This document shows positions 51,201 to 61,400 of a stretch of 64,000 bases of DNA, piece after piece. Position 1 is the stretch's first letter; every line of letters starts with the position of its first letter. The position numbers and the translations under genes were made by a program. The stretch covers positions 372,001 to 436,000 of the forward strand of contig JASANG010000424.1 of the NCBI GenBank assembly GCA_030248215.1, written 5' to 3'. Source of the DNA: Enoplolaimus lenunculus. Taxonomy: Eukaryota. The notes beneath the pieces were generated by a model. It worked only from the letters and a program-made list of their open reading frames with translations. It had not been told where the DNA came from and did no database searches.

Positions 51201-53695
51201 GATTTTAGCTGCCTCAAAAATTTAATTGCTTAGTGCGAGAGTTTGAACACGATAGACTTCCGACCTGTTTAGTGTCGTTTCAAATTATGGAGCTTATGGG
51301 GACAGCAGCCATCCTGAGAAAAAAGTATTACAAAATAGATTCAAAAAGTTTGGTTTTTACTTAAAATGCCGACCGCCCATCTTTGGTGTTGTGCGTGGAG
51401 GAAGCTATGAAAGGTACCGTATTTTGAACGACAGGTTGTTAGAATAACGGTTTCTACGGCCATGAAAATTAGACTGAAGTTTAAGCTTACTGTATTGCAG
51501 TAATGGTGAAAGCCATTTCACCCCTGATGTTTACATGGGTTGTAGTTTTACGTACCAAACTTATCATCAGCTGGTGATAGGTGCTTCACGTTTACGAGCA
51601 TTAGACTATAAGCATGATTTCTGAACTTTTTATACGCTTTTAACCAGTACAGTCCACGGTTTAAATATCAACTTGAAATTTAGGATCCTTATTCTCAAAT
51701 CCATATAGCACCTATCACCAGTTAGTAACAGGTTTTCAAACTAACGAATTGCTGCAATTGCACAATTGTCAAAATTTGTACAGAAGTAGAGTAAATCGAT
51801 TGCAATGTAATTGTGTTTGTATTACAAACATCACCTATTTCCTGGTACGAAAGTTACAAGACCTATTACTTAACTGGTGTTAGGTGCTATACACATTTGA
51901 GAATACGGGTTTAGGTGTCAGATGAAATAGAAAATATTCATACCAAAACAGTTGTTATATTTTTGTTACTGCAGAAATTAATGCAAAGTGAAATGGACAA
52001 TTTCGCTGCGACATATTTCAAAACTGGACGAACAACAGATCGAATTATGCAGAATACCCTCAAGGATCGCAATCGAGATATTGGTATGCTACAGGCTCGT
52101 AGTCAACCCACCTTGCTAGCGATGGCTAAAAAACTTTTCAGGAAGCGGATACAAGCGTTTTTGGTGATTTACACGCAAGGTTGAAAATTTTCTAGGAAAC
52201 TACAAATTTGTTCAAAAAAGGTGGTTGAGGTACTATGGGTATATACTTGCCTGTTACACACAAAAGAAATTGTCTTGAAATTTCACGAGTCCTACTTTCT
52301 TAAATTTTCACGACATAAATGTATAGTATTTCAGAGATTAATAGCCTTGAACAGCTCAAAAATTTGTGTCTGAAATGGTTAAAACATAAATGTGTTATGT
52401 TTAAGAAATTACTTTTACACATTTATAAGACATATGAAATTCGTCCTTTCAAGAAATAGTTGTCTTATATTCAAGACTAATTTACTGATTTTTATGTATG
52501 TAAAAACGTTGCTTCATTTAAATTCTTAGTAGTATATATAATCAAATTTCAAGGATATTTCGGGTTATGTTCAGGCTGCCCCACAACCTAAATTTACGTA
52601 TTGAACGTATCTTAGGTTGTAACACTAGGGTACTTGGTTAAGCTTTAGTCTACAGTTTTGAAGTCGTTTTCCTTGAAAATCTTTGTGTTTCATTTCAGAC
52701 AATTTAGTATATTCCAGAAATAATTGTCTTATATTTCAGAAACATTTCTCATAATTGCTCTTTAAACAAAATGTGAAAAATTTCAGACCCATATATCTGA
52801 AAAATATAAGAAATATGAAAAGTCTGAAATACAAGACATATATGTCTGGAGTTTGAATTAAGACATAATTGTCTTAAATTTCAGACAATATTTTTTGAAC
52901 ATAAGACAATTTATGTTGTGTGTACATTGCAGAAATTCAGTTTTCTTTTTCGGTTACAGAGCACTGTTTGTAAGATTAGGCTTCAGGTGTCGGCTTTAGT
53001 AGAAGGATTCATCCCGTTACTATTGCTAGAAGCACAGGAGCATATTGAGCGTTTCGCTTGATTGACAACTGGAGCAAATGCGTGGTTTACATTAATTTGT
53101 GTACGCGCTGTGGAATTTCTCAACGGCTATGGACGGCGACTTTTGCTATTTGAAAAATAGCAGCTAGCGTTGGTTAAAATTTGAATTTTTTTTAATTTAT
53201 TAATAGGAACTACACAACCTCAAATATCCAAAACCTGTAATTGTAGTTGTATCTTTACTCAATTTTAGCACTTATACGCCGGACGTTAATATTGCTCAAA
53301 ATAATTTCATTTCAGACATAATCTCAAAATCAAGTTTCCCATCAGCGTCAAAAACGTGGGAAAGTTTACTAAGCGGAGGCGTAATATATACCAACGATAT
53401 TTATGAAACCCGCAAACCGTCAAACCTGGCGCACAGTCGACAAGGCTCAAGTAAAACCAGCCGAGACAGTTCGTTTAACCGGCACTCGTACGCGAGTAAA
53501 CCTCAATCTTCGGGTTCCGCAGGAAGTGGGTCAAATTCAGCAAGCCAATACCGGAACAGTAGTACTCCGGTAAAAAAGCCGACTCGTTTAGAAGCGCTAC
53601 CGACCACCGGTGGTACGACTACGAGTACACGGTTGAAATCAGCAAAACGCACCGAACGAAAACACCAAAGGATTACTAAAAATGAACTATTTTAG
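17459..53695 (+). CDS. osm-3: Kinesin-2 family motor, OSM-3/KIF17 ortholog (~858 aa), 20 exons
   Basis: Exons 17459-17562, 19122-19251, 20061-20159, 21061-21153, 22532-22625, 30056-30154, 30992-31123, 31679-31818, 38879-38958, 40955-41103, 41279-41337, 41766-41964, 44746-44842, 45942-46057, 47714-47823, 48643-48753, 49520-49679, 50573-50688, 51975-52083, 53316-53695. All GT-AG, phases consistent, 2577 nt. Motifs: VRCRP, P-loop [41 protein letters not shown], neck [14 protein letters not shown], hinge IGGE, and OSM-3/KIF17 tail motifs [36 protein letters not shown]. Confidence 0.95.
17972..18394. mobile_element. hAT-like MITE (family D variant)
   Basis: TIRs CACGGTGCGACCGGAATT / AATTCCGGTTGCACCCTG; perfect 8-bp TSD TTTACCAG. 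Confidence 0.85.
21176..21438. mobile_element. piggyBac-like MITE, same family as 260-510 (opposite orientation)
   Basis: TTAA|CCCTTTCTCAC...GTGAGAGGG|TTAA; the interior is the reverse complement of the 260-510 interior. Confidence 0.8.
22715..22957. mobile_element. piggyBac-like MITE, degenerate third copy
   Basis: TTAA at 22711-14 and 22958-61; 5' CCCTTTCTCACAT; shares AGATTCGAACTCCAGT with the other copies. Confidence 0.7.
22976..23150 (-). mobile_element. Short non-autonomous Helitron
   Basis: On the minus strand: A|TCTATATATTAAAGCTGGAACGCC... subterminal hairpin TTTGCGCATTGCGCAAA ...CTAG|T, with no TSD. The same 5' end recurs on + at ~13171 and ~44489. Confidence 0.8.
23382..23698. mobile_element. 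TTAGGC-carrying MITE (family A), expanded internal array
   Basis: TIRs GGCCAATGCATAGAACAGGG / CCCTGTTCTATACGTGGGCC; flanks GAAAACCT/GAAAAACT; four TTAGGC blocks separated by GCTCATCCTT-like spacers. Confidence 0.85.
24711..24845. repeat. TA-rich ~30-bp tandem repeat
   Basis: ATATATCTGTAYATATATATAAATRTATATGT repeated about 4 times. Confidence 0.85.
27140..27208. repeat. (TA)n microsatellite
   Basis: Direct reading. (AAT)n/(ATT)n tracts also occur at ~25870-25933 and ~27798-27925. Confidence 0.9.
31127..31337. mobile_element. Tc1/pogo-like MITE (family G) inserted in the kinesin intron 7 donor site
   Basis: TA|CACTAGTGACCCAAATAAG...CTTATTCGGGTTATTACAG|TA. Other copies: 4959-5588, ~14516-14640, ~58240-58484, ~63462-63890. 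Confidence 0.75.
32910..33106. mobile_element. TTAGGC-carrying MITE (family A)
   Basis: GGCC termini, perfect 8-bp TSD AAAAATCG, internal GCCTAA repeats. Confidence 0.85.
33726..34491. repeat. 55-bp tandem repeat, ~14 copies
   Basis: Unit AAAAGTTTCAAAAATATGATGCTCATTGGAAAATTGACAAATTTTAAAACATTTC with period 55 (33781, 33836, 33891...). Confidence 0.95.
37369..37590. mobile_element. Harbinger-like MITE (family J, ~35-bp TIRs)
   Basis: GCCCGTATTCTCAAATGTGTGTAGCACC...GGTGCTATAAGCATTTGAGAATA. Copies at ~28698-28921, 45077-45298, 51683-51911, 58491-58721. The superfamily call is tentative. Confidence 0.65.
39015..39447. repeat. ~28-bp minisatellite, ~16 copies
   Basis: Unit TTTAATTCATACCCTTAGGGGGTGGAAC with variants. 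Confidence 0.95.
39620..40767 (+). mobile_element. Helentron-associated (DINE-1/HINE-like) element with central ~175-bp tandem repeats
   Basis: 15-bp subterminal IR ATTGAGCGAAGCTCG (39620-34) / CGAGCTTCGCTCAAT (40724-38). (GTCCGTCT)n microsatellite, core ATCTCAGGAACGGCTGAACCGATTTTG, and 3' stem-loop GTAGTCCCACTAC. Tandem units start at 39842, 40010, 40185, 40360, 40535, 40690. Confidence 0.8.
43541..44345. repeat. Degenerate array of a ~23-bp motif with divergent spacers
   Basis: CGTGTCACGCGACATTTTGCCTA-like copies at 43541, 43642, 43748/43912, 44030, 44146, 44257, 44323. Confidence 0.8.
43756..43911. mobile_element. hAT-like MITE (CAGGCCCGTA family I)
   Basis: CAGGCC...GGCCTG termini; 8-bp TSD TGTGTCAC/TGTGTTAC. 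Similar copies at ~10495-10660, 11565-11718, 12780-12936, 15818-15982, 26030-26148, 59499-59667. Confidence 0.8.
45587..45787. mobile_element. Foldback CMC/EnSpm-like MITE (family C), nested in a family B copy (~45428-45885)
   Basis: Near-perfect palindrome CACTGCAAAAAAATGGTGAGTCAAA...TTTGACTCACCATTTTTTGCAGTG; 2-bp TSD CA. Other copies: 6662-6871, ~19763-19983, 28490-28678 (TSD TA). Confidence 0.85.
46067..46753. mobile_element. Family B MITE with nested family E hAT MITE (46175-46601)
   Basis: TA|CACTG...CAGTG|TA; the insert is flanked by ATTCTAAG/ATTCTGAG. Confidence 0.8.
48763..49015. mobile_element. Family B MITE
   Basis: CG|CACTTG...CAGTG|CG (2-bp TSD CG). Nearby copies at 47045-47286, 47966-48216, 50208-50459, 50842-51088. 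Confidence 0.8.
49307..49569 (+). repeat. Four tandem copies (63-69 bp) of the kinesin intron 16/exon 17 junction
   Basis: TTGATTTTT(T)AG|CAAATAATCGATAAAATCCAGCCAATCATAAGTCGAAGTTCAAATTATTC repeated, with exon starts at 49320, 49389, 49452, 49520. Confidence 0.95.
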
Positions 53696-54230
53696 CGTCC
53701 TGAACACCTGTTTGTTCCAGTGTGTCCATATTGGAGCCGTTTCAAACGCCAGTTGCTGTTCAAAACCGTAGTTAGTCTCATGCAATAGTTTTCACATGTC
53801 TAAATTTTAAATTTCTCGGTAGCTTTAATTGGAGCATGTCTAGAACAGGGTCGGAACACTTTCCTGCGGTGCTGTATAGGGTTAACTTGAGCTTTAGACT
53901 AACTTTTTTACGAGGGCTTAGGCTTAGGCTTTATAGGAATAGGCTCATCCTTACGCTTATGGTTAGGTTTTAGGCTTAGGTTTAGGCTTAGGAATATGCT
54001 TATACTACAGTTTCTGTCCTGTTCTATACATGGGTTCTATAACGTGGAGAGTAATTCAAAATTTTCCTCACAAATTTGATATATTTCAAAAACTACACAA
54101 AATTCTAATAAATGTTATTTGATTAATTGGTTGATTTGAATAATTGTACGACAAAGGGTTATATATTTTTCATCATTTTAGCCAGAAATTGTATAAAAAC
54201 ATTCTCACTGTTTCTAGTGACAGGATAATG

Positions 54231-54402
54231 CAGTGTCGGATCCAGTATCTCCAAATGGGGGGCCAACATTTCACAGGTAATAAACTTACTTTTGACCCAT
54301 ACACAAACCACGAACTATTGTCACAAAATTGCTATAGAATTTTTGTCGAGGTGCTGTTGGGGGGGCCACGGCCGGGGTGGCTCCCCCAAGGATCCGCCAT
54401 TG
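54231..54402. mobile_element. hAT-like MITE (CAGTGGCGGATCC family E)
   Basis: TIRs CAGTGTCGGATCC / GGATCCGCCATTG; perfect 8-bp TSD GGATAATG. Other copies: 24112-24465 (CGGTTCGA/TGGTTCGA), 46175-46601 (ATTCTAAG/ATTCTGAG), partial ~20559. Confidence 0.85.
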
Positions 54403-55407
54403 GGATAATGCATTCCATTTTTTCACGATCCAGCGTTGAAGCTTATGCCCGCTTCAAGGTGCGCTGTGTATCTTGGAAATGCAGTAAAAAAATCCTAAGA
54501 TTGTGATTATGAAGTCGCTGTATACCATATTTATTATATACAATAAAATATTTACGTTTGCAATTTCTTGAACGACTATATATCCACATACGTATTTTAG
54601 GCAGCGTTCCAACACAGTAGTGTACTTTATTTTTAACAATATACAGATTGTTCCACAAAAGAGTTTTTAACAGCTATCAGTTCACTGGTACTCTATTATA
54701 ATTCTTTAACCGTAAAGGGTGTATTGGTTAACGAATGCAATACGGCTAACAGTACGCAGTGGAAAATGACCTTTATAGTCAGCTTCATCTTAAAACCTGA
54801 AGCAAATTGAATTCAATCTAATGTTTTGCAAGATAAATCAGGATTTCGTTACAATATCATACATTTATGTACAGTTGCTTATCATTTACCAGTTGTTTTA
54901 AGCTGTCCTGAACAACATTACCTGGTTGTTAAAATATCAACAAATATTGTACACACTTTTACACAACATAGCTTTTTTAAATAATTTTGGAATATCATAT
55001 GATATTTTAAACGATACAGAGTTTCTTCAAGTGATACACTGAACGCGCGTACGCTATGAACGTACTTTATTCATCTGAGTACACTCAATCAACAAGGATT
55101 ATGTTCCAATGAGGCACCACGAAATTCGCTCTTGCCGTCCTTTGATTTACCAAGGTCCCGTTCACGATATCAGGTAATAAAATGCTTACAGTTTCGACGC
55201 TTTTAGAGTGTCTCCAACTATTGAAATCGTCTGAGTTTGGCCTAATTTTGCGAGTATGCGTAAACATTCGTTGATTGGATCGGAATGAGGTCCGCACAGG
55301 GGCGAAGCGCCCTTAAGGGCACAGGCAGACTAACCTCGACACTGTCTGAGTAAATGTCAATTGCGAAAATGTGAACTAATTTTCAGTAATAGCGGTTAAT
55401 ATTCGTT

Positions 55408-58400
55408 TTAGTGTCGTGGCGGACGTTTAGACCGTATTAGATAAAACGTCCAGTAGATTGCGTTGAATAGCAAGAACGATAACGGGAACACCAATCGCGA
55501 TAAGCGGTCGATCCGTATTGCGAGTTGCCGTTGTCGCCGGCGACGTCGCCGCTGATAATCCAGAGTGTTGTTGAGCAGGAGGACCGCTGAGAACGCTGTA
55601 CGCAACTAGAAACAATTAGAGGAGTACCACGCGACAAGCTAAGCCAATTACACGAGAGATAGCTAAGTGGATTACCGGAGGGTTAATTAAGCTGATTTTG
55701 TTGTTATATTTTAACAGGAGCATAGCTAGGATTTGAGTTTGGGAAAGTGTAACCTAACTTCATGCATTAAAACTTTTTAGCGTTTACGATCCAGAAGGTT
55801 GTTTGTAAGATCTGTAAAAGTTTTTATTCATGCTTCTCTACAAATTTCGTGAGGGAAATATTTCATCCATCGCTTCCCTTCTTGTATACCCCGCTGTATA
55901 TTAGCTAATAAGATTACAGGAGTGGGCTGTGACTCGAACAGTGCGACTGTTGAGAATGATCTGAGTATCTGAACAACTATTACAGGAGTACTTTATCGAG
56001 CTATAAGAATTACAGGAGTAAAAAATCCTAAAACTATTATTGTACAAGCATAAGAGATAACAAAGGAGTACGGTGCGTTGTTAAAACTGTGTATTTCCCT
56101 TTACTTTCGGTTTAAATATCTTCTTGTCAAAAACTTGCACGTGTGCATAGGGCTTTTATACTCGCCACTCTCAATACCTGACTCTCTGTCAACTCCTGTT
56201 ACATCCAATATGGTATATATTAAAAATGGGGCAGTACCTCTTGATATTTCGCATCTCGCATTTTCTCAAGTGTGGCGTGATTGTCATCACCTCTTCGGGC
56301 GAGAAAATTGACAAGTGTAAATTCAATTAAAACCGCAAACACAAATCCTTGACACCCTTGCATCCAAACATCGATTGCTTTTGCGTAAGATACCTGCAAA
56401 CAAACTACGCAACATTCAGCTCTGTATAGTTGTGTTACTGTATCGCTAGACTCTACACTCTAAATAATATTTCTGATATTTTAGAAAAAATTTCTTACAT
56501 TTAAGAAATATAATCAGCAAGGTGCACTTGAAAAGTATTTCTGTTATAACAGAAAAGTTTTCAAACATGTTTTGAAATACAGTCTGAAAATAAACGTTTT
56601 CCGGTTATTTTTAGAAAAATTGTCTTAAATATCAGAAAAACTTTTCAGAGTTGCCACAAAAGTACTTTTCTGACTAAATTCAGAAATACTTTTTTGTGTG
56701 TATAGCGGTATTCACAAATGTGTGTAGCATCTATTGTCTTCGTTGATAACAGGTTCTGGCCCATGTAATGATCACGGGCGGAACGTTTTTCTGTGAGACT
56801 GCAACAGAATAAGTTTAAGTTTTAGGCAATTTTAAGCATAGGCTTAGGCTGAGGGTTAGGCTTAAGTAAAAGCAGCTCATTCTTATATACTGTTACGCTT
56901 CAAAGCAGATTGGAATGAACGGAACTGATCATTGGCGTAACAAGAAAGTAATAGTTTTGCTTTATATTGAGGAGGGACCAATAGTCTACAATTTCAGTTT
57001 GACCAAGGTTAGTATGCCTGAACGGTAAATTTGTAATCGTTCAAATTTAGTCAGCGACATAACTATTTGCTAGACTTAAGTACGCTCTTAAAAACGACAA
57101 AATTGTTAAATAGTGTTACTTGGTACGTTACTTAAGTACTAAGTTGTACTTAAGTAGGATTTAGGGAACTCAGCCATTGGCTTCCAAATGACGATCCGAG
57201 AAATGTTTGAAAACCTAAAACTTAAGTACCAGAAAACACCACTTATTTCGGCTTTTTGACACGCGTTGAACAGTAAATTTACCTTTGAACAACGATACCA
57301 ACTAATGTTACATGTTGCTTTTCGGTATTTTACATACAGATTTTTCAAAAATTCAAATATTTCAAATTTTACAACAAAATTAGTTTAAATGAGCAATTTT
57401 AACACACGCAATAATACTTAAACACAGACTATTTTTGATGAGAACGAGGCGAAAAGTTTAAAACACAATGGCGGTATTAAACGCATATTCCTAAGCCTAA
57501 GCCTAAGCGTAGGAATGGGCCTATTTCTAATCCTATCCATAAGCATAAACCTAAGTCTATGCCTAAGCGTAGAAATGAGCATATCTCAAAGCCTGTAAGC
57601 ATAAGCTTAAGTCTATGCCTAAGCTAAGCAAAAAATTTAGTCTAAAGCTTAAGCTTTACTCTATTCTAGTCCCACAGAAAAATGTTCTGCCACTGATCTT
57701 AACATGGACCGGCTACCGTTACTCCATAAAACTAATATTAGATTATTTTTTCAAAGCCAACCATGTTTAAATGATCTAATATTAGTTTTATGGAGTAACG
57801 GTAGCCGGTCCAAGTTTTCAAATCTAACTATGGGGCGAAGACCGATTGGCTCTCGCTTAAGCTTACCTGCGGTAAGGATAGCCGCGCTGAAGACGCTTGG
57901 GTTGCGAGGGTCAGCAACGTTGTAATACACAACGAAATGCGTCCAGGGACAGCATCGATGTCCAACCAGAAGCTGAACCAAGATATGATAACTATAAGAC
58001 TTGTGGGTACGTATGACTGAAGTATATGCTGCATTACTTCTCGATCCATTCGAAATACCGTTCGTAAACAACACCAAACTCCTAAACAAAACATGGCCCA
58101 TGTTACTTTCAGGGACGTCCAGGTTTCTGGTGGGTGTATAAAAGTGTAGGCTTAGAATCTAGATTATATTTTTTGCCTAGGCTTACGCTTAGGTACACAC
58201 TTTTGCAACGCTTAGGCTTAAGTTTAGGCTTTACAAGGTTATACTTAGGAATGTACTTTGAAAATTTAAGTAGGTACGCTTTAAGGTTTCGAACTCAAAT
58301 TATTTGGTCCTGGAGTCATTTATGCGCTACAATTAGGGTTAATTGACATTTATGGACTCTAAGCAGGGTTTAGGGACTCTATCCGCTTACGGACTCTTAT

Positions 58401-61400
58401 TAAGCATACGGACTCCAATTGATTCGGACTCAAAATGGGGACCCACTCTTATTACCCCTCCCACTCTTATTCGGGTCAATACAGTAATACGGCATATATT
58501 TTCAAATGTGCATAGCAACTATCATAAGTTATAGTATAACAGTTATTCAAACTCACTAACTGTTGCAGTTGTTGAACTCAAAATTGGCACAGAAGTAGAG
58601 CAAAATATATGCAAAAATTGTGTTTAATTTTGCGTCGCGTCTTTGCACTCACTGGTTTGAAAGTTCACAAGACCTATCAGCAACTGGTGATAGATACTAC
58701 ATCCATTTAAGAGTATGGACCGTGATATACATAAGTTCGCACAAACATTTGTCAACGTCATATTTATCATAGCATCCAAGTCTGCTGATTCTCTTTATAC
58801 GAGTACAGAAATTTTTCTGCGCTTGACTTGGGTTTGGTTTGGTCAAATTTAGACTAATTTTTTTGCTTGGCTTAGGCTTAGAAATATGCTCAGCCTTACG
58901 CTTAGGCTTAGGCTGAAGCTTCGGAACATGCTTACTTACAATACTGTTCCGCCCCTGTTGTTTACATTGGTCATAAAAATTTTGGCCAAATCTGGCCAAA
59001 AAAATGTTTTGCCAAAATTTCTCAGGTCTAAACTTACCAACCGCATACGCGCCGTCGCATTCTTCTTGGCGAATAAGGGTAATTTTCATTTCTGGCAATA
59101 ATATACCAGAGTTCATTTGAATTGAAGAATTTGGGGTTTTCCATTCAATTGTCACTTGCTCTTTGGTGTAAGCATCTTAAAACATACAATCACAAAATCA
59201 TTTGGTCCGTATGGATTATAAGAACATGCCATCTTATGCCTAAGCCTGAACCTAAACCTGAGTCTAAACCTAAAATCTCTCATTCTTCAAGTACACAGGT
59301 CTTCCTGCATGCCAGCGGGCAGACCTATATAATTATAACATGGGTCCAGCAAACGGATCCATTTCCTTAATATATCACACCAGCTTAATTGTTCGCGAAT
59401 GAAACTGAGTAAGCAAATAAGAAATTAACTCGATGTATGAAACAAGAATGTGACATTGATTTCATTTTGGAAGGGCGTAACTGCACACAAAATTAACAAG
59501 GGCCCGTGGCCAAGGGTTGGGGGCACAGGGAGGACTCAGCCCTAGCCTGGAAAAATTTTAGCCCCACTAGAAAAATTTCGACCCTGTTTACAAGTAAACG
59601 AAAGCCCTTGTATGCCCCTCCTGAAAAAGTTTTAGCCCCCTAGCAAGGTGAGCTGGCAACGGGCCTGAACTATTATCTGTCAGTCTAAATAGGAACCGGG
59701 ATTTCAGACCAATGCATTTATATATACACGCGGACAACTATATTTCACATGGTTACAATATCTGGGTACTTAATTTAAATCTTGAAAAAGTGTCATTTTT
59801 CTCGTCATTTCAAAAAATTTCAGGGTCTATGCCCTCCTATCGCCGAGGTACATGCGCCCAAGCTTTAAAATAACACAAGTAATTGTTGCAATTTCGTTGA
59901 CTAAAAGGTAGTTCAAATATATATTAATTCAAATTTAACCACAGTATTTTGGATTTAATTTGAAAAAATTGTCAACATACAACTGAGTATACGAATATCG
60001 CATTCTTGTGAATCCAGCGGATAATTACCAAGATCCTGGTTGCAAATCACGGATAATGAATATCTAAAATTAAAGCGGCCCATGTTACTTTAAGGGGCGT
60101 CCAGGTTTCTGGTGGGTCTATAAAAGAGTAGGTTTAGCTTCTAGATTACATTTTTTTGCTTAGGCTTAGGTCTAGGCTTAGGAACTCATTTTTACAGCGT
60201 TTAGGCTTAGGCGTAGGAATACGGAATACGCTTAATCTACTGTTACGCCCCTTAAACTAACATTGGCCATTAAAGCTCAAATATTACATTTAATGCCATT
60301 TTCTAACTAAATCTATGACACCACTGGATATTGCAGACATGGCTCGTGTAAAGATCAGGGGCGGAACGTTTTTCTGTCTAGAATACAACAAGCTTAAGCT
60401 TTAGACATATATTAAGCAGTTACAGTATTTAAAAGCACAGCCAACTATTCTGATAAAATTACAGTGGTCCCGTTGTAACTTCCACAATAACTTGCGTTCA
60501 TCACGTCAGAATTCTTTCATGTCTGCCCTGCGCCAGTCGTCCTATTAATTATAAACTTGTGTACTTGTGTTCGACGGTAGAACAAACAGGTTCAAACCGT
60601 ATTACGAACAGGTTACGAATGTAATTGCAATAGTAATTCACCTGCTATCGTAATGAATTGTGCCGTTGGGAAAAATCCAAAGTAGAAAGTTTGGCGCAGT
60701 GACGTCATAACTTTTCGCACTGTTCGCATTCGCAAAATACAAATCAGGCAGCCACATTTGTTCCAGTATTTTCTACAATTAAACACTGTAAATTCTAGTG
60801 AGTTGATTTTAATTCAAAATCAATTGAATCGTTGAGCGTGAATTTAGGACTTTTTTCGAACTCATAATTCTGAGCTGATTCAACTCATACTGAGTTATTT
60901 AATAATCTCACCAAGGATTAACTCAACTCAGCGTGCGAATGAACTTAAGTCACAGTGAGTTAATGTTTACTGTGATATCACGAGTGGATAATCGCTATTT
61001 AACAAGGGTGTGCAACTGGACACATTCTGTGAAGAATAGAAGGTACCCGGCACGCGTTGCGTTATTGCCCATGCCTCTTTATTTAGAGGGGGTACAACCG
61101 CTGCGAACAATGGCACTTTATGTATGCGGCGTCATACATACTCCCGGTATAGTTTAATTTAGGGGTACTCATGTGATAGCGACCCACTCTCTGAAGAAGG
61201 GGGGTCGACCAAAAACGCACTGCCCGGTGGTACATTTTGTACCACACGGGATCCCAAGACTTGCACACTCTTGTCATTATCGACTCTTGCTGATATTAAC
61301 TGAGAAAGAACTCAATTTGCTCGTTAATTTGATTAATCAACTGACTGGAATTTAAAGTGAAATAACATTAAAAAATCAATGCCCAATCACAGGCGGCTCT

